A stretch of 60,001 nucleotides of DNA, the filler included, from Sphacelaria rigidula (taxonomy: Eukaryota): NCBI GenBank assembly GCA_964200075.2. It is 6 parts of 6 records of this genome, joined end to end, with 100 filler letters (N's around TTAATTAATTAA, not from the genome) between each part and the next. Parts side by side here need not be neighbours in the genome. Positions count along the whole stretch, not along the records: positions 40,072 to 49,986 come from CAXNAA020007491.1; positions 50,087 to 60,001 come from CAXNAA020007492.1; 4 more parts are not named here. One strand, written 5' to 3'. The notes beneath the pieces are model-generated. The model saw only the letters and a program-made list of their open reading frames with translations, was not told the DNA's origin and did no database searches. Made by a program: the position numbers and the translations under genes. This document shows positions 48,184 through 60,001 of the stretch, piece by piece (the stretch's first letter is position 1; each line of letters begins with the position of its first letter).

Positions 48184-49794
48184 GTACATAGCTGACAATC
48201 ATAGTTCTGCAGGATTTATGAACCCCTTTGTTCCCAAAGAAAGTCCAAACATCTGTTCTCCGTTTGGGAGCCCCATCTCCGATAACACCGTGCATTCCGT
48301 GTTTATTCGCTGACTAATGTGTATCATGTCCCATGGAGGTTGTTTGAAGAGGGGTAGAATCCAGTTTCAGGTTTACCGGGACGCTGTATAACCACAAGAA
48401 GGTGCAGGGTGTGCCGCGGATACAAAACGCCGAGATATCCAGCCACGTGGTTGGCTGAAACCCCCCGCTCACATGCTGTTGGTAAAACACGCGACACACT
48501 GTCCCTTTTACTTTTTTCTTGACTCCAAAATATGTCCCTGAATTTCGAAACGTACCTGAATCGGTCGGGAAATTGCTGTTTGTTGTACATTCACAAAAGC
48601 TGAAATACCGTACTTCCGCTGCTCTAACCGTGGCGAAACCACGATGGTCGTACTCTTTTCGAGCACTTCCCATGAGGTACACTCGTCCAACGTCCAAAAC
48701 AGGATTCATGTGCTCCGATCTCCGAACGAAATCCGCCTCTCGCGTGTGGACGTTAAGCTACTACTGAGCCCGCCCGCGATAGACAATCAATGCACGGATA
48801 AGAAGAGTTGAGCGCAATAAGAACAAACAACGGAAAGCCATGCATGCCTAAGCCCTAAAAGCCATGTTTTGGGAACCCGCCGACAAGCAGAATATTTTTT
48901 CTGCGCCGTGACGCTGAGTGCGTAACATGTGCGGGTCACAAACCTGTACAGTCCTGTAGTTGCAGTCAGTATAGTAGTAGTAGTGGTAGTGGTGGTAGCG
49001 GTAGCAGTACAACTGACGGCCCCGCCACCTGCCGGCAGGAGATATTGCGGGCAATAGCGTCTGCGCGCACCTCCTCATCTATCGAGATCTGTCTGTCAGC
49101 ATGATGCCTGTCCAGTAGCAACGGAGTGTGTTGAGATAACGTGGTCCACGGCGAACACCGTGTCTATGGCCACATGAGAAGCTACCGTCATGTGCTGTGG
49201 CCACGTAGACCGGAATGACCTGGATAGGCAGCCGAAGCATGCTTGTCATCGATGGGCATGTATGCTCGCCAAGGAATTCGCTGATTATTGTATTGGCTTC
49301 TTGACATTTTTTGCAAACACAGATTACGGCCAGAGAGTGTCATGGGCGACCTTTCATCCGTGCCAAGGGCAGTCTCTGGCAGCCGCTGCCGAAGTAGATG
49401 GTCGTCACACCGCCTACTGCGCACGCTGCCACCACCGGCTCGGGGTAGGGGGTGTGCTAGACGAAGGCATTGCTGTGTCAGTCAGTATTCGCGTGCTTGT
49501 CTAGCGCTTATTTGGGCTGTTGTTCATGCTTTTCTGTGTGTAATATACGCTGGGATGCAGTATGCTGATGTCCCTCCTTGAGGGTTCGGGATGCGGCCGG
49601 TGATTTTCATGTGCCGCTCTGCACTAAGATCAAGCCGGTCACCTGAAAAGTAGTATGCTAGCAACCAGATGTGTTCTTTACCGTGCATGAGTCTACGTTC
49701 GCGAAGATCTGCATACTTATTTTGTCATTTTTACTCTCAGGCAATTTTCATCTGTCACCGCTTCTTATTGCTCGTTTGAACTTCGTCGATATGC

Positions 49795-49986
49795 TACCTT
49801 TTTTTTTTGTCCCCCACACTTTGAACCCCTCCCCGTCCTCGGGATGAGTCCGTGGTCTGAAGAGATCAACCCATCTCTGCCCCGGTACGTGCCTTTCATT
49901 TTGATCTCGCGGATTGGATCAGCATTCCCGCACCGCGTCACCTCACGTCACACCAATCCAGTCGACTATTTTTGTTTACTCACGTT
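49795..49986 (-). mobile_element. Partial copy of tRNA-derived SINE family 2, cut by the contig end
   Basis: Shares GAGTCCGTGG, GATCAACCCATCTCT and TCCCGCACCG with 57070-57270. Confidence 0.7.
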
Positions 49987-51601
49987 NNNNNNNNNNNNNN
50001 NNNNNNNNNNNNNNNNNNNNNNNNNNNNNNTTAATTAATTAANNNNNNNNNNNNNNNNNNNNNNNNNNNNNNNNNNNNNNNNNNNNAGGGGAGGGCGTAC
50101 TCATTTGTTGCTTGCCTTAGTCGTTTGACCATTGACCACGCATCCCTTTCGAGACGGAGCAGACTTTGGGGGGGGGGGCTATCTCGACATCACTTTACAT
50201 ACATACACGTTTCAGAGTATGGTAGGGATGCACTTTTTGCGCAACATCTTGTCTGGTTCAGGGGCTCCGAACGATTCTAGATGCACAAGAATAATTTGGG
50301 TCAGGGAATCCCCGTTTGCAAATTCATTCGGGATATCAGGATATCCCTATAACGTTGGAACAATAACCACATATTTCATGAGTCGTGTCTTGGATGAGAT
50401 AGAGGACCCCTAACGATTCTAACCTCAGAGGATATTTGTGCACCCCTACCGTAGCATCGGACGAGAGCGAAGAAGCCGTTGACTTTCTATTGCCACGTAG
50501 CTGCTCGATATCTGCTGCAAAACCCGCGATTTGATAAGAATGACTACATTTTTCCCCGAGAGTTTAGTGTCGGAGTTTGTTCCGACATTTTGTTTTTTGG
50601 AAAAGTCGGTAAAAATACCATTTTTTTCGGAAAGTTGAGAGAATCTGGGAAATTGCGCCGTTCCTAAGACCCCTAGGTAAATGAAGTAACGAGGCGACCT
50701 TTACGAGCTGGGCCAGCCTGAAAACGGATTCAAGCTCTCAAAGCGATATCTCAACGACACAGACGAGTTGGGCCGTGATCAGCATATCGTATTAATTGTC
50801 TAATCAAGGGGAACGTGCCCATCTGCTAAAAAATCTGGGCCACTTTTTTCTCGTTGATTAAACCCCATGCCTGGTAATTCCTATACGTGGAGGAGATAGC
50901 GTCCACACTAAAATCTATATGAAACCCCGAACGATCGATTAAGCGGATGATGACGATTTTTGGTTGGGACCTTCCCTGGAGCACGGGGAGACGATAGATA
51001 CCCTCACTTTCACCTAATTCGTAATCTATCTCGAGATATGGCGCACATAAATATCCATACTAAAATCAGTATATTACGAGCAAAGGCACTAGATGACCCA
51101 GATCTGGATATCGCGTCTCAGTTTTCGAGAGTCGTGCTATAAATTAAGATATGGAGAACCGCTAGTGCATAATGGAACAAAACACACAGCTTTTTCGTTT
51201 TTTTTTTCAATTTTTTTTTTCGTGTTTGTAGGGGAGTTTTGAGGATAAATAAACATTGTTCTTGGGCCTTGTCTCAACTTTTCAGCGCAGTTATTAGAAT
51301 AGTGATTTGAAACTTGGCATGGAGAACGGCAGAGGTATGCTGAGTAAAAAAAAAATGGGCCTTCGTTCATTATTTGTTTATGAGAGGTTCGGGCATTCTC
51401 GTACAAAAATGGTCGTTACCATAGTAAAACGCCCTCAATCAGTGAAAAATTTAAGAAAAACCAACCTCACCCATTTTTCTTGGTTCATCATCGCCTAGCG
51501 AGGTCCTGCACAAAGCTTCAACCCACAAACACCAAACGTGGGCAGATAAACGGCCTGCAAAATACTGTTCCGAATTTCCGCCGGGCAGATTTTTCATAGG
51601 T

Positions 51602-51865
51602 AAGTTCGCATTTTTTTTCTTGGAGTTAGACAGTGAAATTTGGTATGGACAATCAACAGGGCATGCAAAAAAGCTGTCTGTGAGGTCCCGTAGTTTTGTT
51701 TTCATGGGTTAATGGCAAAAATCAGTTTTGAGGTTTTCGTAAAATGCCCTTAATTCATGGGGAAAAAAAAACTTCGGGACCACATAGACAGCTTTTTTTT
51801 CATACCCTGTTGATTGTCCATACCAAATTTCATTGTCCAAATCCAAGAGAAAGATTGCGAATTCG
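51602..51865. repeat. Imperfect inverted repeat with ~110-bp arms, probably abutting MITE ends
   Basis: GAAATTTGGTATGGACAATCAACAGGG and CCCTGTTGATTGTCCATACCAAATTTC are exact reverse complements within longer arms. Confidence 0.8.
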
Positions 51866-52308
51866 CCTGCAAAGTATAAATCCGCTTGTAGGCTGGCCCA
51901 GCCTGTAGCTTTGGGCGAAAATATATGGTTGATTTTTTTCGAACAAACTAACCGTAACACTTACCCCGACCCAATGCCCACGAGAACCATCTGCCAAGGG
52001 GGATGCAGACGTTCTCCTATAGGCAAGGTGTGCTCTGGCAGAGCTCAAGCCGACGCCACCGGCACCGATTCGGACAAAAACACGTCCTGGGTGAGCTGGG
52101 TCCACTGCTCAACTGTCCCAAACCATAACGTTTCTCAGGACTTCCTTCATTCTAAAATCAAGTAGTCATCCCGTTGACCACAGATTTTCGCCCAAAGCTG
52201 AAGTGAGATCTACTGGAACTAACATCGAATGATGGAGTGACAGAAGAAAAAAAAAAGAAGGAAAGCACCAACACCAAAACAACGCAAAAACTGCCGCCAT
52301 CAGCCCAC

Positions 52309-52463
52309 CTGGCGATGCCGGGTAAACAGCTGCCGGTGGCGGGAGTAATGAGCACCCCGTTCTTCACCATGAACAGGTTCGTGGCGTTGGTCTCTGACAC
52401 AAAGCCGTCCACGTCGAGCATCACTGCATCCGCCGCACCGCAGTCGTTTGCCTCGATCTTGGC
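52309..52463 (-). CDS. Exon of a class IV PLP aminotransferase (branched-chain amino acid aminotransferase-like)
   Basis: AKIEANDCGAADAVMLDVDGFVSETNATNLFMVKNGVLITPATGSCLPGIAR matches the fold-type IV pattern (E..xNLF...L.TP...L.GI.R); acceptor TTTTGGACAG| and donor AG|GTGGG. Confidence 0.9.
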
Positions 52464-53653
52464 CTGTCCAAAAGGAAAAATGAATCAAAATGAAAAACGC
52501 CACGGTCACGGCCAGCGCATTGGAGTATGACACGCGCATACACATTCGAGTTCCACACGCATCATAACGACAACCCTAACCACAACGACAGTAATTAGAT
52601 ATCTCTCCTAGCGTCTGAAAGGGCAACATCGATTTTCGCATGCCGCAGGAGACGATAGCTGTTGGAAAGACGTACAGAGCTCACGGAATCATCTTGCCTA
52701 CACAGGGATACATCGAGTGGCTCGAAATTCGCAGTGAGTTGAGATCAGTATAAACATTTGTACTGTGATGTAGGATCGGTGTTAACCCTTTTGGAGCTCA
52801 CAATGGAAAATTGATCATTTGCAACTGACATTTTTTTAGCAAGATATTGATGGCGTACAGCTCAGACGCAACAACATTCACCCGATGCGTATTTTTCAGA
52901 CCCGTCCGAGTGACAAGTGGAACGAAAGAAGGTTTCCTACTTACCGATGTGCTCTACCAGACCCTGGAACCCGCTGCTGTTTTTTTCATAGGATGTTTGA
53001 TGGTGTTTTTGTCAATCATTGTCGATGGATACAATTTGACACACTTCATCCGTTGCGTGGTATGATTAGACAAACCTCACCCGACATCTCCAGGGAGGGC
53101 ATTTTTCTTGCACCCGCCGCGTGTGCTACTGACTACTGGATTCTTCTTCGGTCCTCCATCATAACATGGTTGCCGTCGGCCTTTTCTACCTTCATAATTT
53201 CCTGTTTGTCAGGGCTTCTCATAGTGAGGCGTGTGACCCGGCGACAGGAGGGGAGGGTTCCAAAAGGGTTATCATGATTGCAAGATGATCGCATTTAACG
53301 CAAGTTTTGCGACAGGTTCTGCGTTGTTTTTGCTCAAACCGGCACATACTAAAGCTTAACAAGGTACGATGTGCCACACCGTGGTAAAAAATCCCCCACC
53401 CCTCCCCCCTGCATCTACGGGAACCGAATGTCTTGAAAGCCGAGTGAAAACTTGTATGAAAATCCCGATATGGTTTACGCCCCGAGATGTGTTGTCAAAC
53501 AAACTGATTGTTATTACTGTCCTGTGTTCCTGAGAGGAAAACGGTGAAGACCTGCATCCGCTGGGAATCGCACCCCCTAATACGTCCCCCACACGGGTTT
53601 GCTGTATGATATTTTGAAATCAGGCCGCCGGGGCCCGGCGAATAAAAAGTAAG

Positions 53654-53727
53654 CGGGGATAGAGAGGCTCGAACTCTCGACCTTCTGCTTATGAGACAAA
53701 CGCTCTAGCCGACTGAGCTATATCCCC
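53654..53727 (-). tRNA. trnM: tRNA-Met (CAU), elongator type, intronless
   Basis: GGGGATA-TA-GCTC AGTCGGCTA GAGC-G-TTTGT CTCATAA GCAGA-AGGTC-GAGAG TTCGAGC CTCTC-TATCCCC-G folds as a full cloverleaf; TTTTT Pol III terminator just downstream. Confidence 0.92.
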
Positions 53728-53906
53728 CCGCAAGGGATGTTTGCAACGGCGTGAGTCATTCCTTATAAATACTCACCGCAGACAAACGCTACTAGTCATA
53801 TACGGATGTCAAATATCTTACAAAAATGCAGTCACACTAGAAAACGTTTGCTATATCAACACTTTCCAGGGAGGGATACGTGACACACGTGACACATTTG
53901 AAAAAA

Positions 53907-54255
53907 CCGGAAAAAACATAACTTTGGGCCATTTAACGCTACGTAAGGTTTGATTTTTTGGACGGGACAAATTCAACGTAACGTGATGTAACATGTGGAT
54001 CTTGAAGCAGTGTCTCTTAATGTTTGCCATATGTAAAAAAAGGCTGTTTTTGTGAATTTTGAACGTGACACGTGACACGTGACACGTGACATATTCACGA
54101 AAACAAGCAGAGTTTTTCTCACATTTGGGAAGTAAAACGCAATGTTAGAGTTCATGCGGAGGACCACACGTTATATCACGTTACGCTACAAAATGTCCCA
54201 TCCAAAAAATCCAATCTTACGTGGCGTTAAATGACCCAAAGTTACGTGTTTTCGG
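53907..54255. mobile_element. Foldback MITE-like element with internal (ACGTGAC)n tandem repeat
   Basis: TAACTTTGGGCCATTTAACGC (53919-53939) vs GCGTTAAATGACCCAAAGTTA (54224-54244), 20/21 inverted match; heptamer array at about 54063-54091. Confidence 0.7.
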
Positions 54256-57050
54256 ATGTATCACGTTCGAACGTCGTATCACGTATTCCTCCCTGATACT
54301 TTCGATGAGAGCTGTAGATATTTGTTGTCATATCTACTAAATAAAAAGTATACATACAAACAACGTCGGTTTCCTGTTCCAGTGAGTTGGTTCTACACTT
54401 TAAGGCCGATCACTTTAAGGCAACGACGTAGTCAAGGCCGGGGTTTTCGACTTGCACGGTTTAAAACAGCGGTAAGGCCGATTTCATTCGCAGAGGCCTG
54501 ATCCGGTCTTCAACCATGCCGCCCCGCCGGCAACGGTACCCCACATCCACCACTGCAGCCGGGCACCAAATCCATCTGCAGACTGGCGGTGACATGCTGC
54601 ACGATGCCTTGCGCAGCGGGTATCCGTTGTAAGACCAAGCAATACTCTCCCCAGCCTCCACACTTCACCTCCCACAGATGCTGCAGATGCCGTGGATGTC
54701 TACATGACATTTGCGGCAAGGAGGACTCTGAGGGTCGGACTAGAGGTGGGCGCCGTTGACAATAAAGTGGTCAAAGTCGGTTGTTGGACAACCAAGTAGG
54801 TTTTCACCGGTTCCGGTTTAACCGGGAAAGGAGGCATTATTCCCGCGTGATGCTGTCCTCGGGGGGCTTCTACTCTCACCAACGTGATTTTTCGCCGAGA
54901 GGAGTCAAGTATTATCGTTTGAGCCACAATGTCACAGAGTAGAGTAAGACTGCACGTTTTTAGGCAAGTTTCGTCGGCGTCAATTTCTGTTCACTCTGAA
55001 GATCTGCTTCAGATTCCTCACGGAGAGTACCATCACGATATTGGCGTACACAAGCAGTCTGGCCTGGCTGTCGGTGTTTCTTCCTGATGACAGCTGATGC
55101 GATGTCTTGTCACCTATCGCCCTTGTACGATTATCGCGCCATGATTCATCATGTAGGACAACAATGCCCAGGGAGAAGGCGCAACCCCGTGATTTGCGTA
55201 ATTTGCAGCGTCTAGTGTGGATTTTCCGCCGTCCGCTATTTTTGTTGTTTTTGGACGCTCAGGCGCTGCGCTTTTTCCATGCGAAGGTGAGGGAGAGCAT
55301 TACCCCTGCTCGTCCCTCTTCTTTTCAAGCATTGGGTTGCAGGGGCGGGCGGGCGGGCGGGCGGGGGGATGCAGGGTTCTCCCTTCCAGCATCCTAGGTT
55401 TGCTTGCACGCTATCGCTCACGCCGGAGATGCTTCGTATGTACAGAGTAGTCCTTCGTGCTTATGCCTCGTCGATTTGTCCAGACCAATTTCAAGTTTCG
55501 AACAGCAGCTGATCAAGTGAACACCAACACCATTTCCTATCAAGCAGTAAAATTGGCGTCATCAGCCACTGTGCCGTACGTTCAATATATGTTGCACGGG
55601 TGCGGAGGTGTGAGATTGAACGTTGCCGTTACCGGTAATGGGTGTGCTTGAACGTTTCAATCACCCACCACACGCGAAACATACAGCAAAAACAACCACA
55701 ACGCCTGATTTACCTGCGCTTCAGTGATATGCAGCATTTTCCCTTGCTCATCAGGTTAAGCCGATCATCGGTGAACCGGTTAGACCGGCTGAGAAAAAAC
55801 GGTTCAACCGGTTTTTCGATTCTGAGAATAACGCCTCCTATCCGGTCACTGTTTCTTTTGGCTCCCAGTGCCCACCTCTAGGTCGGACTGAGACTCGACA
55901 TGTTTGTGGGGTGGAAGTTACCAGGAGGCTGCTAATCACAGTTACGGCAAATGCAGCAACTGGGACTGCACCATTTCGTGTTCTGCTCCTCCACCATAGA
56001 GTGCGTGTCCCAGGGCCCCATACCTGTTGAACCACGCTCATCTTGGTGTGGGCACGGCCCCATCCGGGACGGATGTTCGCGGTTTGAGGCCGGAATCGGC
56101 CTTACAGTGTATCATACAGCTTAAGGCTTACCCAGCCTTAGCACGCCACGTGGCCATGTTGGCCGGAAACGGCGACAAGGCCAGGCTTTTGTCCATGCAC
56201 GGGAGCAGCTTTGAAGTTAAGAACACACTGTACTGGACATCTGAGCTCACGCGCTGCAGCGCAAACGGCTCAAGTCAACCAACGCGTATCTGCTGTGTGC
56301 ACGGTTGCTACAGTAAGCTGAGTACTGAGAATCATCAAGGTTCGCGACTTGCAACGCTGTCAGGCACCACCGTACCACGTCGATAGCACAATACCCCGTT
56401 TGCTCTGTGGCGTTGGGCCAGGCTAGCATTACGGTGGGGGGCTATGTGGGAAGCCCCGGTTGCTGTGAGATTTCGGAGGCGTTACGTCTGGTAAATAACA
56501 AGGGGGCGTGGGGCACAAGGGGGGGCTTCTAGCACAACAAGTCCTGCACAACTAGAACCGCCCTGGACGTCTGCTCATAGATGTGCCCCAAATCATCCGT
56601 ACTCCCCTCCATCATGCACAATAACCTGCAGAGGTCGGGATTCTCAGTTGTATCATGGGGTATGGCTACACCCTAAAGCCTCACCGGATATTTAAAAAAG
56701 GGTGTCGATGTGCCGATTCGATTCTCTGCGGGAGAGCTTTCAAAAGTTCATCTCACCCACGATTTCATGTATGAACACTTACGGCTTATCGATGTGGAAC
56801 GGACAAGACCTCGGAATACTCTGATATCAGTTGGCTTCAAGTGTACTCTGAGAGAACAATTTTTCACTCGTGTTCTTTCGGTCACGAGCGATTTGGCGTG
56901 GTTCAGTTTTTGCATCACCTGTCTGAGCTAAGAAGTCCAATAGCCATTTTATTCAGGAGATTGCGAGATACTACAGTCTGTTTGATTCGTCGGCTGGTAA
57001 CCATCACTTCGGGAATCAAAACAAACCTCAGGTTTGTTTTTTAACTTGTA

Positions 57051-57380
57051 CATTCGTTCATTATTTTCATCTGTTCGTCGCACGTTGAACTCCTCCTCTT
57101 CCTTTGGACGAGTCCGTGGCTAATGGTCTCAGGGGATCAACCCATCTCTCTCCGGCACACGCCTAGTATTTTGGTATCGCAGATTGGGTCAGCACCGGCA
57201 CTCCCGCACCGTGACAACTCTAGTCAAACAAACTCCGTCCAACTGATTTTTGTTTCCTCACGTATTAACGCTTTCGACGGTGGAAATCAGATACTTCGAA
57301 AAAAAACCCAACGCATCGGGATTCGAACCCTCGTTCTCTCCACCCTAATAGTGACAGTCGGACTATTACACCACCGGGGC
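57051..57380 (-). mobile_element. tRNA-derived SINE family 2, apparently full length
   Basis: Minus-strand A-box-like TGGTGTAATAG and B-box GGTTCGAATCC (57319-57329); body shared with 49795-49986. Confidence 0.75.
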
Positions 57381-59169
57381 GCGGCGGCAACTTTGTAGTT
57401 GATGAATTGAAAATCACGGATCCCCAAGGTCAGCACAATACAAAATAGTACAGTGCAACAAAAGTAAAGTATAGAGGAAACTGCAAGTAGTGTACCAGAC
57501 CGCACTACTCCTACTGTAGGTTAGACGGGCGTGGTCTGCGAGCGTACCGAGCATAGGGTGTGTTCCTTCATGCGATTGTTCAACAGGGGGATCACCGGAC
57601 AGCTCCTGGCGTGTTCGAGGTGTCCAAACACCAAATATCGGGTATACCCTACCCTACCGAGGTGAGTTTACCACTTGGTGAATGTGAGAACTTTCTCGGA
57701 AATGTATGATTTCGAATAACTTCAACACTAACGAACACTAAATCTAGCCCTCATCCCAACGAAGGCATACCGACAACTCTCGGGCAAAGGGGGTGCAAAC
57801 TTTTCTCTAGGCAAAGTGTGCTGTGCCAGACTTCGATCGAATCGGCGCAGCAGGCGGAGATTTACACAAAAACGCGATTTGCGCACGCTAGGAGCATACT
57901 AGGAGCACAGCCCGCATTATATCCGGATTTCGGCGTCCACACTGAGACCAAGTAGTACCAACAAACTCCAAGTGGTAACCTTTTGTGGCCCGACCTGCCC
58001 CTGGACGATTCTATCTGAGGATCCCGACCTCGGCAGGCCATTGTGCATGTTGGAGGGGGGTACGGATGATTTGAGGCAAATATACCTGCAGACACCCACG
58101 GCTCTTCTGGTTGTAGAAGGCATGCTGTGCCAGCAGCCCCCCCCCCCGTCATTGTGGCCCACGCCCGAATACTGACTGATGACAGCACACAGAGGCCCAG
58201 AGTAGGATACAAAGAGAGACAGAGTCACCGTCTCTCGCACTTCGTTTGGACCGTCACTAACCCCAATCGCCGTTAAAACAAGATAATCTTCCCCCCTTCT
58301 GTTCGCAAGCTCTGAACGAAAAAGCACACACGTCTTCAAGTTACCTGCCCTAAATCGATCGCCGGTCATATGCCCTAAATTGATCTCGCGAACATGTCGT
58401 TAAACGCGAAAATTTAACGTGAAGACAAATACCTGTGCACGGCATCAGCTTAGTTGAAATATTTGATGCAAAAGATTCCAATTGGACAGATCAATGTATT
58501 GTTGCTAGGTATTTGAATATGGTTCATGGTTCAGAGGTTACTCCGGAAGGTACCGTTGGGCAGGTCGAGAGTACTGGCTAGGGCGCCGGCGAATCTTACG
58601 TGCAGGTGGCTGAGTGAACCTTTACGTGAAGATGGCTTATTCTTGATACGGTGAGCACTGGTTAGGGCTGCATTATAGGATATTCATGCCCATGATTATA
58701 TGTTATTTTGAGTTGCTTTCCGTCGGTAGCTACCGACAAAGGCACTGAGGTCAGTCTTGGGAACGAGGGGGCAGCCCTCATCGCCCTCATCACCCTCACT
58801 TGGACCAGTGACTCACGCCGGTTTGTGTCGCCTCAGCTCTTGGTTTTGTCGCCCTCCTTTTGAATACCCGCCAACATGGCCTCAAGGTCTGGGCTTAGTA
58901 AACTACTTTTGGGCAATATCATCGCTCTTGCCCCTATGAACTAGCTGAGTCCCTACTGGTCGGCCTTGAACGTGGATGAAGGCTTGCTCGTTTGTCTTGT
59001 GCCCCATATGTTGCTTTTCCAAACTCCCCAAGTATCTCAGTCGGCCATACGCGTGTGATGGCCAGCATTCAAATAAGCGCAAGTCAGTCAATAACCTCTA
59101 CTTTAGCGGATTGAGGACATTTGTTTGTCATGGGATGAAGGACGGGGGACAGGGAATCCTCAAGATATT

Positions 59170-59980
59170 GCATGCCGTAGTCATCAGAACATTGACCTCG
59201 CATCCCTATAAAGCCGGGACGGAGCACGCCGGGTTTTCGCAGAAGTGGCTCGCAATCACGAATCACGAAGCGCCGTGGTGTGTTCGGCAAGTCGCATGAA
59301 GGGTGAGCTGCATCCTGCTAAGATCGTTCGGCCCGAAGCGTACAGATTATCTTGCATTTGGATGACAGCTTACAATGAGCTGCTTTCCGTGGTATCGCCA
59401 CTCCCAGAGACAGCCACGGCTTACACACTGCCTCAAGGGTGTCTCATCATCCAAAGGCTACATAGTACGAGCATCCCCTTTGCGTGCATTCGAGGTTCTC
59501 TATCCTGTAAAATGTGATTAAACTTGACCACCATCATGATAACCGCTAAAAGAAAAACGCAGGCGAACAAAAAACCTCGGTAACCTGGTTGCCTAGCTGA
59601 CGCAGGGAGTCGCGCGTTTTACAGCATCGTTACCAACCGACGCCAAACCTCGAAGCAGGGGCGCACACCTACTCACTGGTGCTGTTCCAGTGGGCCTGCC
59701 GCGCCTCGGTAGTTCAATGGTACAACTGAGTGGCGTCCAGGCTGGTACTACGGTGGGGTACTATGTGGAAAGTAGGCTGTCCCCAGAAGTGGCGATCCCG
59801 AAAAATAAAGCAACTCATTAGAGGCTGCCATCCAAATGCAAGAAAATCAGTACGCTTTGGGCCCAACGATCTTGGCAGGATGCAGCTCACCCTTCATGCG
59901 ACTCGCCGAACACACCACGGCCCTTCGAGATTCGTGATTGCGAGCCTGGTCCGGCAAAAACTCGGTGTGCTCCGTCCCCC
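59170..59980. repeat. Two copies of dispersed repeat family A in inverted orientation (59170-59645 +, 59772-59980 -)
   Basis: 59772-59980 is a diverged reverse complement of about 59213-59418; the + copy aligns to 11885-12370. Confidence 0.85.
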
Positions 59981-60001
59981 CCCCCCCCCCCCCCCCCCCC
60001 C

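Noticed and set aside
47666-48313. 215-aa ORF from the track
   Set aside because: The splice-bounded, protein-like frame is a different one (47904-48183)
59976-60001. Poly-C run as a G-quadruplex element
   Set aside because: Homopolymer at a contig end, probably the cause of the assembly break; length unreliable

Overview
Eukaryotic, intron- and repeat-rich DNA. The short exons, long introns, TTAGGG-type repeats and transposon types suggest a brown alga or other stramenopile (inference). The window is not one locus: six ~9.9-kb contigs (1-9919, 10020-19938, 20039-29955, 30056-39971, 40072-49986, 50087-60001) are joined by artificial 100-nt N-TTAATTAATTAA-N linkers. Contig 1 is a decayed Ty3/Gypsy LTR retrotransposon (gag-CCHC, PR, RT, RNase H, IN). 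Its integrase ends in a chromodomain lacking cage residues and then, past one in-frame TGA, a PWWP-like domain with an apparently intact aromatic cage; this is the most interesting signal. Contig 2 has three exons of a PTEN-like phosphatase, a possible MULE relic and a TTAA-type MITE cluster with a perfect 44-bp palindrome. Contig 3 has an isolated exon and a tRNA-derived SINE. Contig 4 has nested TGT..ACA MITEs with 4-bp TSDs, two coiled-coil exons joined by a GC-AG intron, and a decayed Ty1/Copia element whose gag is split by a solo LTR. Contig 5 has hypothetical exons. Contig 6 has a class IV aminotransferase exon, an elongator tRNA-Met gene, a second SINE family and foldback repeats. All calls were made by eye; no database searches were run.
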